A stretch of DNA of 64,000 nt, from contig OZ038378.1 of NCBI GenBank assembly GCA_964036045.1, positions 163,928,001-163,992,000 on the forward strand, given 5' to 3'. Shown piece after piece: positions 48,211 to 58,976 of the stretch (its first letter is position 1; each line of letters starts with the position of its first letter). A program made the translations under genes and the position numbers. The DNA is from Eutreptiella sp. 'Long Island Sound 2002' (Eukaryota; Protista; Euglenida). Below the pieces are notes generated by a model. The model worked only from the letters and a program-made list of their open reading frames with translations, did no database searches and was not told where the DNA came from.

Positions 48211-51200
48211 CCACACTTTGACACCCTACATTGGCCTACCCCCAGCTGTAAGGAAGCCCGTGGCAAAAGATACAAGCCAGAGCCATGCAGCAGCACGCAG
48301 TGCACAGGCAGTGCAAACATATTTGCATCTGTCATCACTAGTCGCTTTCATAGTTACAATATGACACATGATTTGAAAACGATATCTTAATTCGGCAGCG
48401 TGGTACTGCCTACATGCGACTTGACTGTCTGTCCTATTTCCCAGTGCAACTGTGATCAAGCACTCCTTTGGCTCTCAGTATCGTGGGCGTAAAGGAGCCA
48501 TGTGACACGTGGGCAGCAGTCTGATACCAGGTTCCAATGTCATCAACGATAAAAAATCTTGTGGGGGCAAAAAGAGTGGCAGCAGGAAGGTCGGGTTCTC
48601 AGGGTATGACCTGGCGAGCTGGGCTTGCTCAGAATAACCCGGCCAGCATGTGTCCCTAGTCATTGATCTGCAGCAAAAATGATATTGGGCGCCGGCGCTC
48701 AACTGGTGGACAAGATGACTTATTGCACTTTGGCATGAGACGCCTTGATATGCACATGGCATGAAACCTGTCACCACCCTCTTCACACCAATGAGGTATG
48801 CAACACATCCTGACCACAGGTGAGGGTCACCTGCTGACAGTGGAAATCAGAGAGACTGTGTGTGATATCACTTGCATCTTAGAGGGAATCCTTGCACTGC
48901 GCGCTACTTTAGACTATGTTCCCCCCGAAGAGCCCCTAGGCACGCCCCTTGGAAACACCGTTAGAATTAGGCAACCCAAACTGGACTGGAGGGGACCTTG
49001 AGGGGGACCTTCCCGGTTCTTGTGGCAGTGGTGAAGGACCAGGGGCCTTTGGGGGGGGACTTGACTGTGTATTGGGCGGCGGAGATGGAGGGCAGTCAGG
49101 TGGCGAGTCTGAACTTGGGATGGCAAAGGAGATGGACTCCATCTTGCATCGCCAATTCACCACTCTCAACCCATCTTGGTAGTATTCCAAGTGGAGGAGT
49201 CCATCTTCAGCCGTCCCAACCACCGTGGCAGGAGGTCGCAGGCCATTGGAGCGGGTGTAGAGCACCCTATCCCCAATACTGAGTGGGCCTGAGAAATGAG
49301 GAGGGAAGTATGATATCCTGTAGCAGGCACCCTCAAAGTGTATCACCATATCAATCAACCGAGAAAAAGAGTAGATGTGGTGGAAATGGGAAAAAGGTGT
49401 GTGCAAAAAAGTAGAAATGGGTGAAACAGGGTGAACATCCAAAAATGCCAGATCCCCAATGCAACAATGATGCCCAAAGTACCACAAAGTATGGGTTTCT
49501 ACTACGGCCAAACGCTCAAATAGTTGCACTGCGCGCGCACTGCACGCGCACTGCGCTTAAGGCGCCCCCTTAGCTGGCTTGTTGCCCACTGATCTCCTGC
49601 AGTCCATTGGGCAGGGGTACGATGCGCTGGGAAATTCTGCAGCTGACTTCTAGTGACAAATTCTGGACCAATTAGACAAAAACATTGCGCGCTGGTGTGC
49701 TCCGTGCCAGAACGTGCTCACAAGTCACCACAAAGTGTTTGCATGGCACATGTTAGCACAGTGGGAATGCAAAGCGTGGTTCCTTTGGTTCTGATACTGC
49801 ATGGTACCCTCATCCCATGCGACTGGCCCAGGCATAAGAGGCCTTGGGCTTGATCTTGTTTGGAAAAAAAATGGCCGGAGCGGTGCTGTTGCGTACATTG
49901 TGATTTGCCATGCAGGCATTCAGGAGAAAATGAAATTCTTGCAGCAATGTCCACTTAGATGAGTACTGGCTGCCATCTTTGGAGAAAAAGGTTCTCTGGG
50001 GCCAGCTATGCGCTAAATGAAATCAGCCGCCAAACTGATACGGTGTCAAAGATCTAGCCAGCTAACCGCATCCTGGTGATACCATACAATATTTGATGCT
50101 AAATACTACTCTATCAAACGGAGGTGCACGTGCCAACACAGGCAGGTGCGGTGCTAATTCTGCTCACAAAAACTGTGGCTATCAACGTCGTTACGCTCGC
50201 GTACTTTCGGTGGTTGTGCATGCTTGTGCACGCCCTAACCCTGGAAGCTACGCACCCTTGTGCACACTTGGGACTGACAACGCAGCAGCAGAGGCAGCAG
50301 TGACTGCAGTGAAAGCCAATCACCTTCTCAAGGGGCTGTCCTTATATGATAGTTGGCGCTGGTGCGAGTATAACCAGTGGCCCAAATGGCCAAAAGGCCC
50401 AACCCCCAAAACCAAAACCGGGTGCTGACAGAAGTAGCTATTGCTATTGCTGCCGCAACCACTCCACCCTGACAACGCTACTCTACGCAAAGGAGGTGCA
50501 TCTGCCCACTATGCAGGCATGCAGGCAGGTGCAAATTCTGGTTATAAGAACTGTGGCTCGAAACGTCGTTGGGCACGCGTACTTTCTGTGGTTGTGCATG
50601 CTTGTGCACGCCTAACCCTGGAAGCTACGTGCACACTTGGGACTGACAACACGGCAGCAGGGGCAGGAGGTCACTGTGGTGAAAGCCACACACTTTCTCC
50701 AGGGGTTCTTCTCATACAATCGCAGGTGCGGGTGGAATTTTTGTTGAAGCGCAACGTGTGCTTCAGCCCCCCTGCCATCCTGCATTGGGTAAATTCATTT
50801 GCTGACCAACGTGTGGACATGCCTCAGATAAGGGCCCAAGTCTCTACTCCTGGATGACAGGGCTACCACAGTGCCCTGTGGTCCAGGCAACTACTTCGTA
50901 CTATGCTTGCTTCCAGAATATGTCAAGCTGCCACTGCACGCTCGCCTCGAAATTAAAATCAATCGTATACCACATTGATATGGCGCGAACATATGATGTT
51001 CGTTGGACAAAGGCGTGCATTGGACTTCAGAAACTGTGCCGCATATGACCTCCTTTCCATAAAATCATGGTTATCCACAGAAGCCACCCAAAACTTAGGG
51101 TCTTAGACTCATACTCGGAGTATTCCTGAGATGAGCCAAAGCTCATCACCGGTGGCCTTGGCCACTGGTCGCTCACGTAACATGGATTGTTCTGAATATT

Positions 51201-51611
51201 GTTTGCTGTTGTAGGCAACATCTCAGTGCCAAAAAAAGGCTGCGCGCGACGCAGCCTGTGACTCGTGTGCATGCATGCATTAGTATGTCGACAGAATTCG
51301 ATGTATAGAGCAGGTACAAGCAGTTAGGCGTACTGTCAATTTGTCAATCAAACAGCGAGACATTGCGCTGTGACCTACAGTTGTGCATGGATGCATTCAA
51401 CGCGCATGCATGGACAGCAGACACATTGACCCGATACGCCCCTGGTCACGCTACAGACGGCCATGTGGCACACGATATGCTTCGGTCTGTACACCTATCT
51501 ACTTTGTGTTTGCAAATGCTACCGAAAAAATCGGGGAAAGCAGAATGAAACTGCGAAGCAAGCCTCCCACGCTCCCATCAGATCAACCACGGAAGCGCAC
51601 ATTCGCGTACG
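48211..51611 (+). repeat. T unit T2'' (short form)
   Basis: Period 3401 relative to T1'' (46252 and 49653). Confidence 0.9.
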
Positions 51612-51958
51612 TCGGCTCCAATCGACGTGGCTGGTCTGAGAAGGGCTGACAGCATTGGGCAGCCCAGGCGCCTCCCGAATTCATTCCTTAGGGCAAACCA
51701 CTCAGAGGCGGGGACCTGGGTGTGCCGCAGTTCTGCAAGTGTCAGCAAAATATTATCTACATGATCAGATTTCAACAACTGTGCGGGCGGCAAACAACGA
51801 GCAGACGTATCGATACACTTGCTCTTGAGGCATATACCATTGCACCCCTTGGGGCTTGGGGTGGTGATGGACATCGATTCCAGGACTACAGAAAGCCAGC
51901 CAAACAGTTTAGTGTGTGGAGTGTGCGGTGCCGTGTCGTTTGGAGCCGAAAATAGGTC

Positions 51959-52065
51959 GTTTAGGTTATGCACCCTGCACTGAAACATGCACTGCACCAC
52001 AAGTCCAACACACAGCCTGTCAATTGCTGACAACAACTCGGGGTTCAGGTCCATGCCCCTACCCG
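51959..52065 (-). repeat. Split direct repeat B2 (107 bp)
   Basis: Element 3' terminus. Confidence 0.95.
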
Positions 52066-52271
52066 CTACCCGGGGGCAGGGCATGCGCAGCCAGGCAGGC
52101 TGCTTCCAGTAGACAGTGTTTGCATAGCGGTGGCGGCAGGGCTAGCTGTACTGAGGCACAGGCGCTGGGTGCATTCAGCGACCCGGAGGGGGGGGGTGGG
52201 TGGGGGCAGGGCACTGGCCGGTGTGGTGGGTGTGGAAGCAGAACCAGGGCCAGTAAGGGTGGGTGGGTGGG

Positions 52272-52353
52272 GGACCCAACCATCAGTGCAAAGAACACAC
52301 TAAGCAACACAGTCGGGGTCCTAAACTATAGTTTATATCCATAAACTAAGGTT
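52272..52353 (-). repeat. Split direct repeat A2 (82 bp)
   Basis: Abuts B1, sharing GTT at 52351-52353. Confidence 0.95.
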
Positions 52354-52457
52354 TAGGTTATGCACCCTGCACTGAAACATGCACTGCACCACAAGTCCAA
52401 CACACAGCCTGTCAATTGCTGACAACAACTCGGGGTTCAGGTCCATGCCCCTACCCG
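52351..52457 (-). repeat. Split direct repeat B1 (107 bp); includes the RT stop codon
   Basis: Identical by eye to 51959-52065. Confidence 0.95.
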
Positions 52458-54427
52458 ATGAATACGCTGTGCGCCCCCCCCCCCCCTGTCCCAAGAAAGA
52501 CTGTGGAGAGTGCACGGGGGGGTAGGGCAGGGTGGCGCTGGCTTACCTCGAAAACCGGGTGGCTCCCACGCGTTGCCCTTGCGGCCGCCGTGGGGTCTCC
52601 CTGCGCCTGTGCCCCCCCCCCCCCCCCCCCGCCTCTGTATCGCACTGTCCCTACATGCAGGGGTGTGTGCACGCGTTCCTGGTCCAAACGTGCCTGTGTG
52701 CATAGTGCTGCTACAAGCATGTCGTCAGGAGAGTCATAAGATCTCCAGCGGGATGGAACATCCGCTGGGTTCAACTCTCCCTTGACCCACAGCAGTTCAA
52801 CCACCGCCCCAGACCAACGCAGAGTGTGCTGCAGCTGGCGCAGCAGCCTGTTTTGTGCATCACAGGCCGTGGCTGCTCTGCCCTTCATGGCAGAAAACAA
52901 TGATGACATGTTGTCACCATAGATTCGCAGGAACTGCACCCGTTTGTATGCCCCCGTGCGCACTGTCTCTACAATACCTGCCAGCTCCGCTGCTTGCTGT
53001 GTAGCTACCCAATCAGGCAGCCTCTTTATACGCATCCCCAGTGTATCCCCCCAGATGCCAACATAATAATGCTGGCCCTGTCGGGCCGCGTCGCAGTAGA
53101 ACGTATCAGTTGATCCCAGGGTGCCGTGGGGCACCCATGGGACCAAAGCACATGCAATGCCTTCCAGGGGGCCCCGCAGGACCTTGGGTGGCGTACACTT
53201 CGCAGTACTGGGTCCCTGGTTGAGCCAACGGTACGCGCCAGCCAGGAAAGGCTGTGCCCCCCTCCCCGGCCGCAGTGCCCACTGTAGTTTCCCCAGCATG
53301 CGCCTCAGCGCTTTGTCCGAATATCCGGTGGTGGCTAGTCTAAGCCAACGGCAGACGAGGTGTGCCTGCAGCGCTGGGGCATTCTGCACCCCTCCCTGGT
53401 CTCCCCCGACCACCTTTCCCATCCACTTTACGCGGTCGCTGGGGTCCAGGGAGGACTTCGGGCTGACCACCCAACCGGCCTTTTCTAAATCCGCCTTCGT
53501 ACGCAGTGCCTGCTGACGGACCGAGCTGGAGTGCCTGCCTGCCACCAACACATCATCTGCATATTGGATCACCACCACCGACCCTGGGAAATATTCTACA
53601 AGGAAAGCTGCCAAAATGGCTTGCGCCATGGAGGGACTGTGCTTCCAACCGAATGGCAGGGACTGCAGTGCGTACACCCGCCCCCCCACCCCCACCCTGA
53701 TGCTGTCGCGCTGCGGTGGGGGCAGTCGACAGCTCCAGAAGTGGTTGCTTATATCAAGGGTGCAGTAAAACAATTGCTCCCCACGTAGTGCGCACAATTG
53801 CAGCAGGTGTGCCAGCCCATCCAATGTGGGCAATTTAAATGGTAGGGGGTCCACACAGCGGGCATTCAGGTCCAGCATGGGTAAGATCAGGGAGCACTTG
53901 TGCTCATTCTTGTGCTAGACATACGCCCTTGCATTTGGCGGCTTTTGCGACGGGGAAACCGCAACAAGCTGTTGCCCCAACAGGGTGTGAACAAGTGCAA
54001 CCAACGGCGGGTCCGATGAAAATGGTTGGGGGGGGGTGCCCTCAGAGGCCCACAGGAAATTAGCCGGAGCCATGGCATCCCAGACACTGTCCGGTATGTC
54101 AATGGCCCCCGTGTCCCCCAGGCCCTTCTCGGCCACCTCCACTGGCACCACCAACTTAGACCGGTGTCTCCGCGAGGATGACGTGCTGATGTCCGGTGGT
54201 GAGATGTCCGTGGCCGCTTCCACATTGGTGGCCAGCTCATGCAGAACCGCTCCCAGGTGACGGCTCACTGGCCCCGCCTCCTCGTTCCATCGGCACATAG
54301 TAGTCATCGTGTAGTCCCTCAGCAGGTCCCTCACCGTCTGCTCCTTCACCCGGATCGTCTTCGCCACCTTCTTGGAGGCCTGTAGCCAGTGGTCCGTCAC
54401 CAGAGCCTCGCATTCCGGACACTTCAT
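52451..54427 (-). pseudogene. Reverse transcriptase/RNase H ORF with one in-frame TAG (53915-53917)
   Basis: NARAYV*HKNEHKCSLILPMLDLN, LDISNHFW, LPFGWKHSP, YADD; RNase H FYCDAA/AAELAG/YGDN/NPADVPSR. The 727-aa and 475-aa track ORFs are in the same frame. Start (MKCPEC, 54427) is tentative. Confidence 0.88.
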
Positions 54428-55913
54428 CTGGGCCAGCGCGGTGCACCTGCACAGGTCTCCACAGCTGGTACTGTGGACCTCGCCGAGTCGCCGTGACCAC
54501 ATACCCAAAGTGTGGGGCTGTGTCGGATTCGGGTTCCCGCATAGGCGGCTCGCCTCCACCTTCACGTTCTCTCCTGCATGCCCGCTTGGCGCTGTCAGGC
54601 AGGTCGTCACCATCGCGTTGCCGCTTGTGTCGGGCTGGCATGTCGTCCGTCGCCGCCGGCGTCGCAGCGTCTGTCCCCAAATCACTAACTGGGTCACCAC
54701 CATCATCCGAGTCATCGACCACAACGTGTACCACATGCTCCTCAGCAGGCCTGATGTCGCTTGCTGCAGTAGCAGGGTCATCAGGAGCTGGCTCCACCTC
54801 GGTGTACTCAGCCTCAGCACCCACACCCTCCGTGATCTTCGGTCCCTCCGCTCCTTGAGCGACATCATCGAATTTCTCCAGCAGCTCCACCGGCTCTGTC
54901 GTTGGCGTTTCCTCGTCTGCCGCATCTGGCCCCTCATCTGACGTGCAGGCGCTGGAGGTTTCAGAGTCGTCTCCCGGTGGTTCGGGGTCGTCCCTGTCCC
55001 CCCTAGTGAACATGGCTGCTGGGATCTTCGGCACTGGCGACCATGCATCCGCAGGCCAGAGTGACTTGGGTTGGACCAGTCGCCCCTCCACATCTCTGGC
55101 CAACCATCCGCTGTTCCCCACCGGCCATGGCACGTGGACTTCTGCTGGTAGTGACCATCCTGGCGGTGTCTTCCAGTAATGTCTGGGCTGGGCCTGTGAC
55201 CACCAGCGGCCCCAGACTTGCAACCCTCGCAACTTTCCGCCTTGATGCCCCCAGGACACGGCCCCCAGCTTCTTGAGTCCGTGCCAGGCAGCTTTTGGGA
55301 GGTCCCGATGTTGCACCACTTGCTGGAGCACCGTTTGTAGCACCGACCTTCCTCCTGGGACCAGCGGCTGTCGTACTTGCACGTGTCCAGGTCTGTGTTT
55401 CCAGAGATATGCCCTCCATGCCTCAAGAAAAGGCGAGAGGGCGTATGTGGTGACTTTCTTGTTGCGCTTTTCGTCCCAGAATGTAACGAACCCCGGCACT
55501 GATATCCACTCCCACGTGACGCTGGCCGCGTCGCCCACCCTCCAGAGGTACACGATGCTGCAAATGGCCAGGAACACCAGCCGGGCCGAGGCCCGGTGGC
55601 CCCGGCTGGTGGTGATCGTCTCGACGTGGTCCCATGTGGCGACCGGCTTAGGCTGTGCCCTGCGCGCCCATCCTTTACCAATCGCCCTGGCTTGCATCCA
55701 GTGGACCTCGGTAACCACCGCTTGGATGATGCGTAGCTTTTCCAGTAGTCGCACCCCTGAGATGAGCGCTGTCGCGCTTGACCCGCTCTTTCGCTTGGCT
55801 GCCAAGGCATTGAGCCTCCTCTCCACGGCGTCCACCAGGAGCTCGTCTGGTGTGCTGGCCAGCAGTGCTTGTCGCAGCGCGCTGGTGTACGTGTCCACCG
55901 ACCCGGGTTCCAT
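54237..55913 (-). CDS. Tyrosine recombinase with acidic C-terminal extension (frame open back to 56045)
   Basis: YLWRVGDA (first Arg), FWDEKRN, WHGLKKLGA (HxxR position), GRWWSQAQPRHYW (GRW...Y). Confidence 0.88.
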   Translation of the reverse strand: MEPGSVDTYTSALRQALLASTPDELLVDAVERRLNALAAKRKSGSSATALISGVRLLEKLRIIQAVVTEVHWMQARAIGKGWARRAQPKPVATWDHVETITTSRGHRASARLVFLAICSIVYLWRVGDAASVTWEWISVPGFVTFWDEKRNKKVTTYALSPFLEAWRAYLWKHRPGHVQVRQPLVPGGRSVLQTVLQQVVQHRDLPKAAWHGLKKLGAVSWGHQGGKLRGLQVWGRWWSQAQPRHYWKTPPGWSLPAEVHVPWPVGNSGWLARDVEGRLVQPKSLWPADAWSPVPKIPAAMFTRGDRDDPEPPGDDSETSSACTSDEGPDAADEETPTTEPVELLEKFDDVAQGAEGPKITEGVGAEAEYTEVEPAPDDPATAASDIRPAEEHVVHVVVDDSDDGGDPVSDLGTDAATPAATDDMPARHKRQRDGDDLPDSAKRACRREREGGGEPPMREPESDTAPHFGYVVTATRRGPQYQLWRPVQVHRAGPDEVSGMRGSGDGPLATGLQEGGEDDPGEGADGEGPAEGLHDDYYVPMERGGGASEPSPGSGSA

Positions 55914-56045
55914 GACCCGGATGGCTGTCGCTCCCGTGCTCGACCCTGAGTCGGTGTGCGTGAGCCTCCGGACATGCTGTAATGCCTCCCATGCATCGCG
56001 GACTGTGGGGGCCCCAGTGGGGACCTCCGGCCCCCCCCCGCCCCT

Positions 56046-57050
56046 TCACTGGCCCTCCCCTGCCGGGCAGGGGTCCTTGGACCAGTGCATATGGCCACAT
56101 TTTATGCACGGCGTGGGGGGCGGCTTGCTGGTGTCGTACGCCACTCCTTTCGCCGACACCCAGAGCCTGGTGTCGCCGATCTGCTGGAAACCTCCAGTGG
56201 ACCCCTTCTTGCCGCAGTCCGCGGCCCAGTGCCCGTCTTCGCCACACCGGAAGCACCTGCCCGGCTTGGCAGGCCGTCCTTCGCCATTAGCTCCCGTCTG
56301 TTGCTTGGGTGTCTGCGGGGTCTGCGCGTTGTGCTGCTGGACTGTCGCCCTACCATTTTGCTTCGCTAGGATTTCCTGGTGTAGCACATTCCATACCGCC
56401 AACACGAACTTGTCCTCCCGCCAGTTTTCCGCATTCAAAGGTCTGGTCTGCAGCTGTGCCACCGCGGATGCCAGCGTGGTCATCCACTGGTATGGCAACG
56501 CTTTGCCCAGCATTTTCGCTATCTCCTCGTCGGTGAGCGCCGGGGCTGCCCGCGCTTTTGCCTTCTCCATCTCGAGGGTGGCCCTGGCTAGCTTCGCCTC
56601 CAGTTCCGCTATCCGTTGTTTGTCGGGCGTTTGATCTGCTTCCACGATGGCGTATGCATCTTTGACGAAGATTCCCGCGTCGAAATCGGGTCGCATGTGC
56701 TTGCGGCCGTGATACACTCCCATTGCCCTGATCAAATCCGCCTTGTCGGTGAAATCTCCTCCGACCGCATCCATGAACAGCTGCAGCATCTCGTCCGGCA
56801 CGTCCTCCACCGCCAGCCACTCGTGCATGCCGATTTCCCATTCCGCCACGTTCATCTTGTAAGCTTCGCTCGGGAGTAATACCCTGTACGGCCCTGCTGC
56901 CCACTTCTTCCAGTCAGACCGCACCTGGTCCACCGCCTCAGTGATCATGTCTGCGGCTCTCTGGTCCTGGACCACTTCTGCTGATGACGCGCTTGTTGCT
57001 GGACTGGCCCCCCCTTGTCCCGTACCCCCATTTGCGTCGGACCCAACCAT
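56046..57050 (-). CDS. gag: Gag-like protein with coiled coil and CCHC zinc knuckle
   Basis: ATG at 57050 (MVGSD...); RIAELEAKLARATLEMEKAK coil; CFRCGEDGHWAADC (CX2CX4HX4C); second CIKCGHMHW motif. Confidence 0.88.
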   Translation of the reverse strand: MVGSDANGGTGQGGASPATSASSAEVVQDQRAADMITEAVDQVRSDWKKWAAGPYRVLLPSEAYKMNVAEWEIGMHEWLAVEDVPDEMLQLFMDAVGGDFTDKADLIRAMGVYHGRKHMRPDFDAGIFVKDAYAIVEADQTPDKQRIAELEAKLARATLEMEKAKARAAPALTDEEIAKMLGKALPYQWMTTLASAVAQLQTRPLNAENWREDKFVLAVWNVLHQEILAKQNGRATVQQHNAQTPQTPKQQTGANGEGRPAKPGRCFRCGEDGHWAADCGKKGSTGGFQQIGDTRLWVSAKGVAYDTSKPPPTPCIKCGHMHWSKDPCPAGEGQ

Positions 57051-57120
57051 CAGTGCAAAGAACACACTAAGCAACACAGTCGGGGTCCTAAACTATAGTT
57101 TATATCCATAAACTAAGGTT
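57039..57120 (-). repeat. Split direct repeat A1 (82 bp); includes the gag ATG
   Basis: Identical by eye to 52272-52353. Confidence 0.95.
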
Positions 57121-58002
57121 CAGCAGTAAAAGCAAGAACTTTTACTGGAGGAGGAGGAGGAGGAGGAGCAGCAGCAGCAGCAGCAGCAGCAGTGCATGGT
57201 GGTGCATGACATTGGCTGCCGGTTTTTTTGTAGAATGTGTGACGCCATGTGCCACACTCTGCGCGCTGCGTGCGGCGCTCTCCCTGCAAAGCCAAAACTG
57301 CCAGCACTGCTGTCACTGATCTGTAATGTCTCCGGTCAGTCCATGTACAGCTGTACCCATACCAAATAAATACAAACAGTCCTGAGCCGGAATGCAAAAC
57401 AGATGTTTTTGGCAAAAAATTGGATTTCAATGGGGGGGTAAGGTAATAGGGGTGCGGACGGGAACGAGGCGTCCACCAGCTGCTTTCGATACACTTGCTC
57501 TTGAGGCATATACCATTGCACCCCTTGGGGCTTGGGGTGGTGATGGACATCGATTCCAGGACTACAGAAAGCCAGCCAAACAGTTTAGTGTGTGCAGTGT
57601 GCGGTGCCGTGTCGTTTGGAGCCGAAAATAGGTCGTTCAGCAGTAAAAGCAAGAACTTTTACTGGAGGAGGAGGAGGAGGAGGAGGAGCAGCAGCAGCAG
57701 CAGCAGCAGTGCATGGTGGTGCATGACATTGGCTGCCGGTTTTTTTGTAGAATGTGTGACGCCATGTGCCACACTCTGCGCGCTGCGTGCGGCGCTCTCC
57801 CTGCAAAGCCAAAACTGCCAGCACTGCTGTCACTGATCTGTAATGTCTCCGGTCAGTCCATGTACAGCTGTACCCATACCAAATAAATACAAACAGTCCT
57901 GAGCCGGAATGCAAAACAGATGTTTTTGGCAAAAAATTGGATTTCAATGGGGGGGTAAGGTAATACGGGTGCGGACGGGAACGAGCCGTCCACCAGCTGC
58001 TT
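57121..58002. repeat. Local 517-bp tandem duplication; its first copy (from ~51810) is interrupted by the YR element
   Basis: 57121-57485 repeats at 57638-58002; 57486-57637 repeats ~51810-51961, including an empty GTT site at 57635-57637. Confidence 0.88.
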
Positions 58003-58976
58003 TCAGAAGCAGGGGTGACATACAATTGGTGTCTTTCCGCATATTTGCTCCATTTGAGCCATTCAGTTAGTCAGTCAGTCACTCACTCACTCACTCATTC
58101 ACTCACTCAGTCACTCATTCGCGGACCCACTCACTCTCCTTGCGGTCCTCCGTTGGGAACGGGGGGGGTGGGGGGCGGCATCCTGAAAAAGCGCCCCATC
58201 CCCCCAGCCCCCGCCCCCGCCCCTTTGGATGCACTTCATTACAGGTCTCATTGGCGTGCAACGCATGTGGGGCGGACCGATTTCGTTACGTTCTTTGGTG
58301 CTTTGCGTTCCCATTGCCAACAACTGCAGGTCAATTCCGGAGAGGCATCCAACAGCGGAACCAAAACCTACAAAACGTGCCGGCGTGGGTGGCATGTCCA
58401 CTGCGTCCATGTGGATTAGCCATGGGCGCCCACACCCGGAATGACAAGGGATTCAAAAGAGCAAAAGACATTTGGAACTGAAAACTTAAAGCTGTCCTCA
58501 GTAAAAGAAATCACTGGCCAGACCATCGCATTGCCCAGAACCTCAGCTCACCAAAATCTGCAAAACAATCATTGAAGAACATTCCTGCAACTTACTGAGC
58601 CCTTTATTCACGACATGTGCAGTTGAACCCCTCCCCAAACCCAGTGGCCAACATTGGAACCAGGAAGATCGAAGTATTCAGCCTGCGCCCAGATTCAAGG
58701 ATGGCATGCTCCGTCAGGTGGCTCCCCTTCCCACAGCTGTCAGCCCAAAGCCTGACATTTCATGGAGAACTCCGTTGTAAAGAATCCCTCTGGCAGCGCA
58801 ATGGACTTATGGAGCCAGTGGCGGTGTTGCCATTACCCCGGGATTGCGCGAGGCAATGCACACAGACACCAGCACAACGGTATAGAGGCACAGGCATATA
58901 CAATGCCACAAGCAGTGGCCAAGACAGCAGCAGTGGTTGCAGGGGGGCTAGGCACAACTGTGTGTTTGGCCGTACT

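Larger units (their letters stand above)
51959..57120 (-). mobile_element. Tyrosine-recombinase (DIRS-order) retrotransposon, VIPER/TATE-like, full length ~5.16 kb with split direct repeats A1-ORFs-B1A2-B2
   Basis: ORF order gag, YR, RT/RNaseH; identical A (82 bp) and B (107 bp) repeats; both junctions resolve at GTT against empty paralogous sites. Confidence 0.95.

Noticed and set aside
51959-51975. Telomeric repeat tract
   Set aside because: Only a TTAGG-like stretch within repeat B; no (TTAGGG)n array in the window.
53915-56048. Stop-codon reassignment (alternative genetic code) to explain in-frame TAG/TGA
   Set aside because: Young ORFs are otherwise stop-free and end in standard stops; in-frame stops elsewhere fall at K, W, R or Q positions, consistent with point mutation.
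55273-56634. 453-aa plus-strand ORF
   Set aside because: Antisense to gag/YR in GC-rich coding DNA; no domain features.
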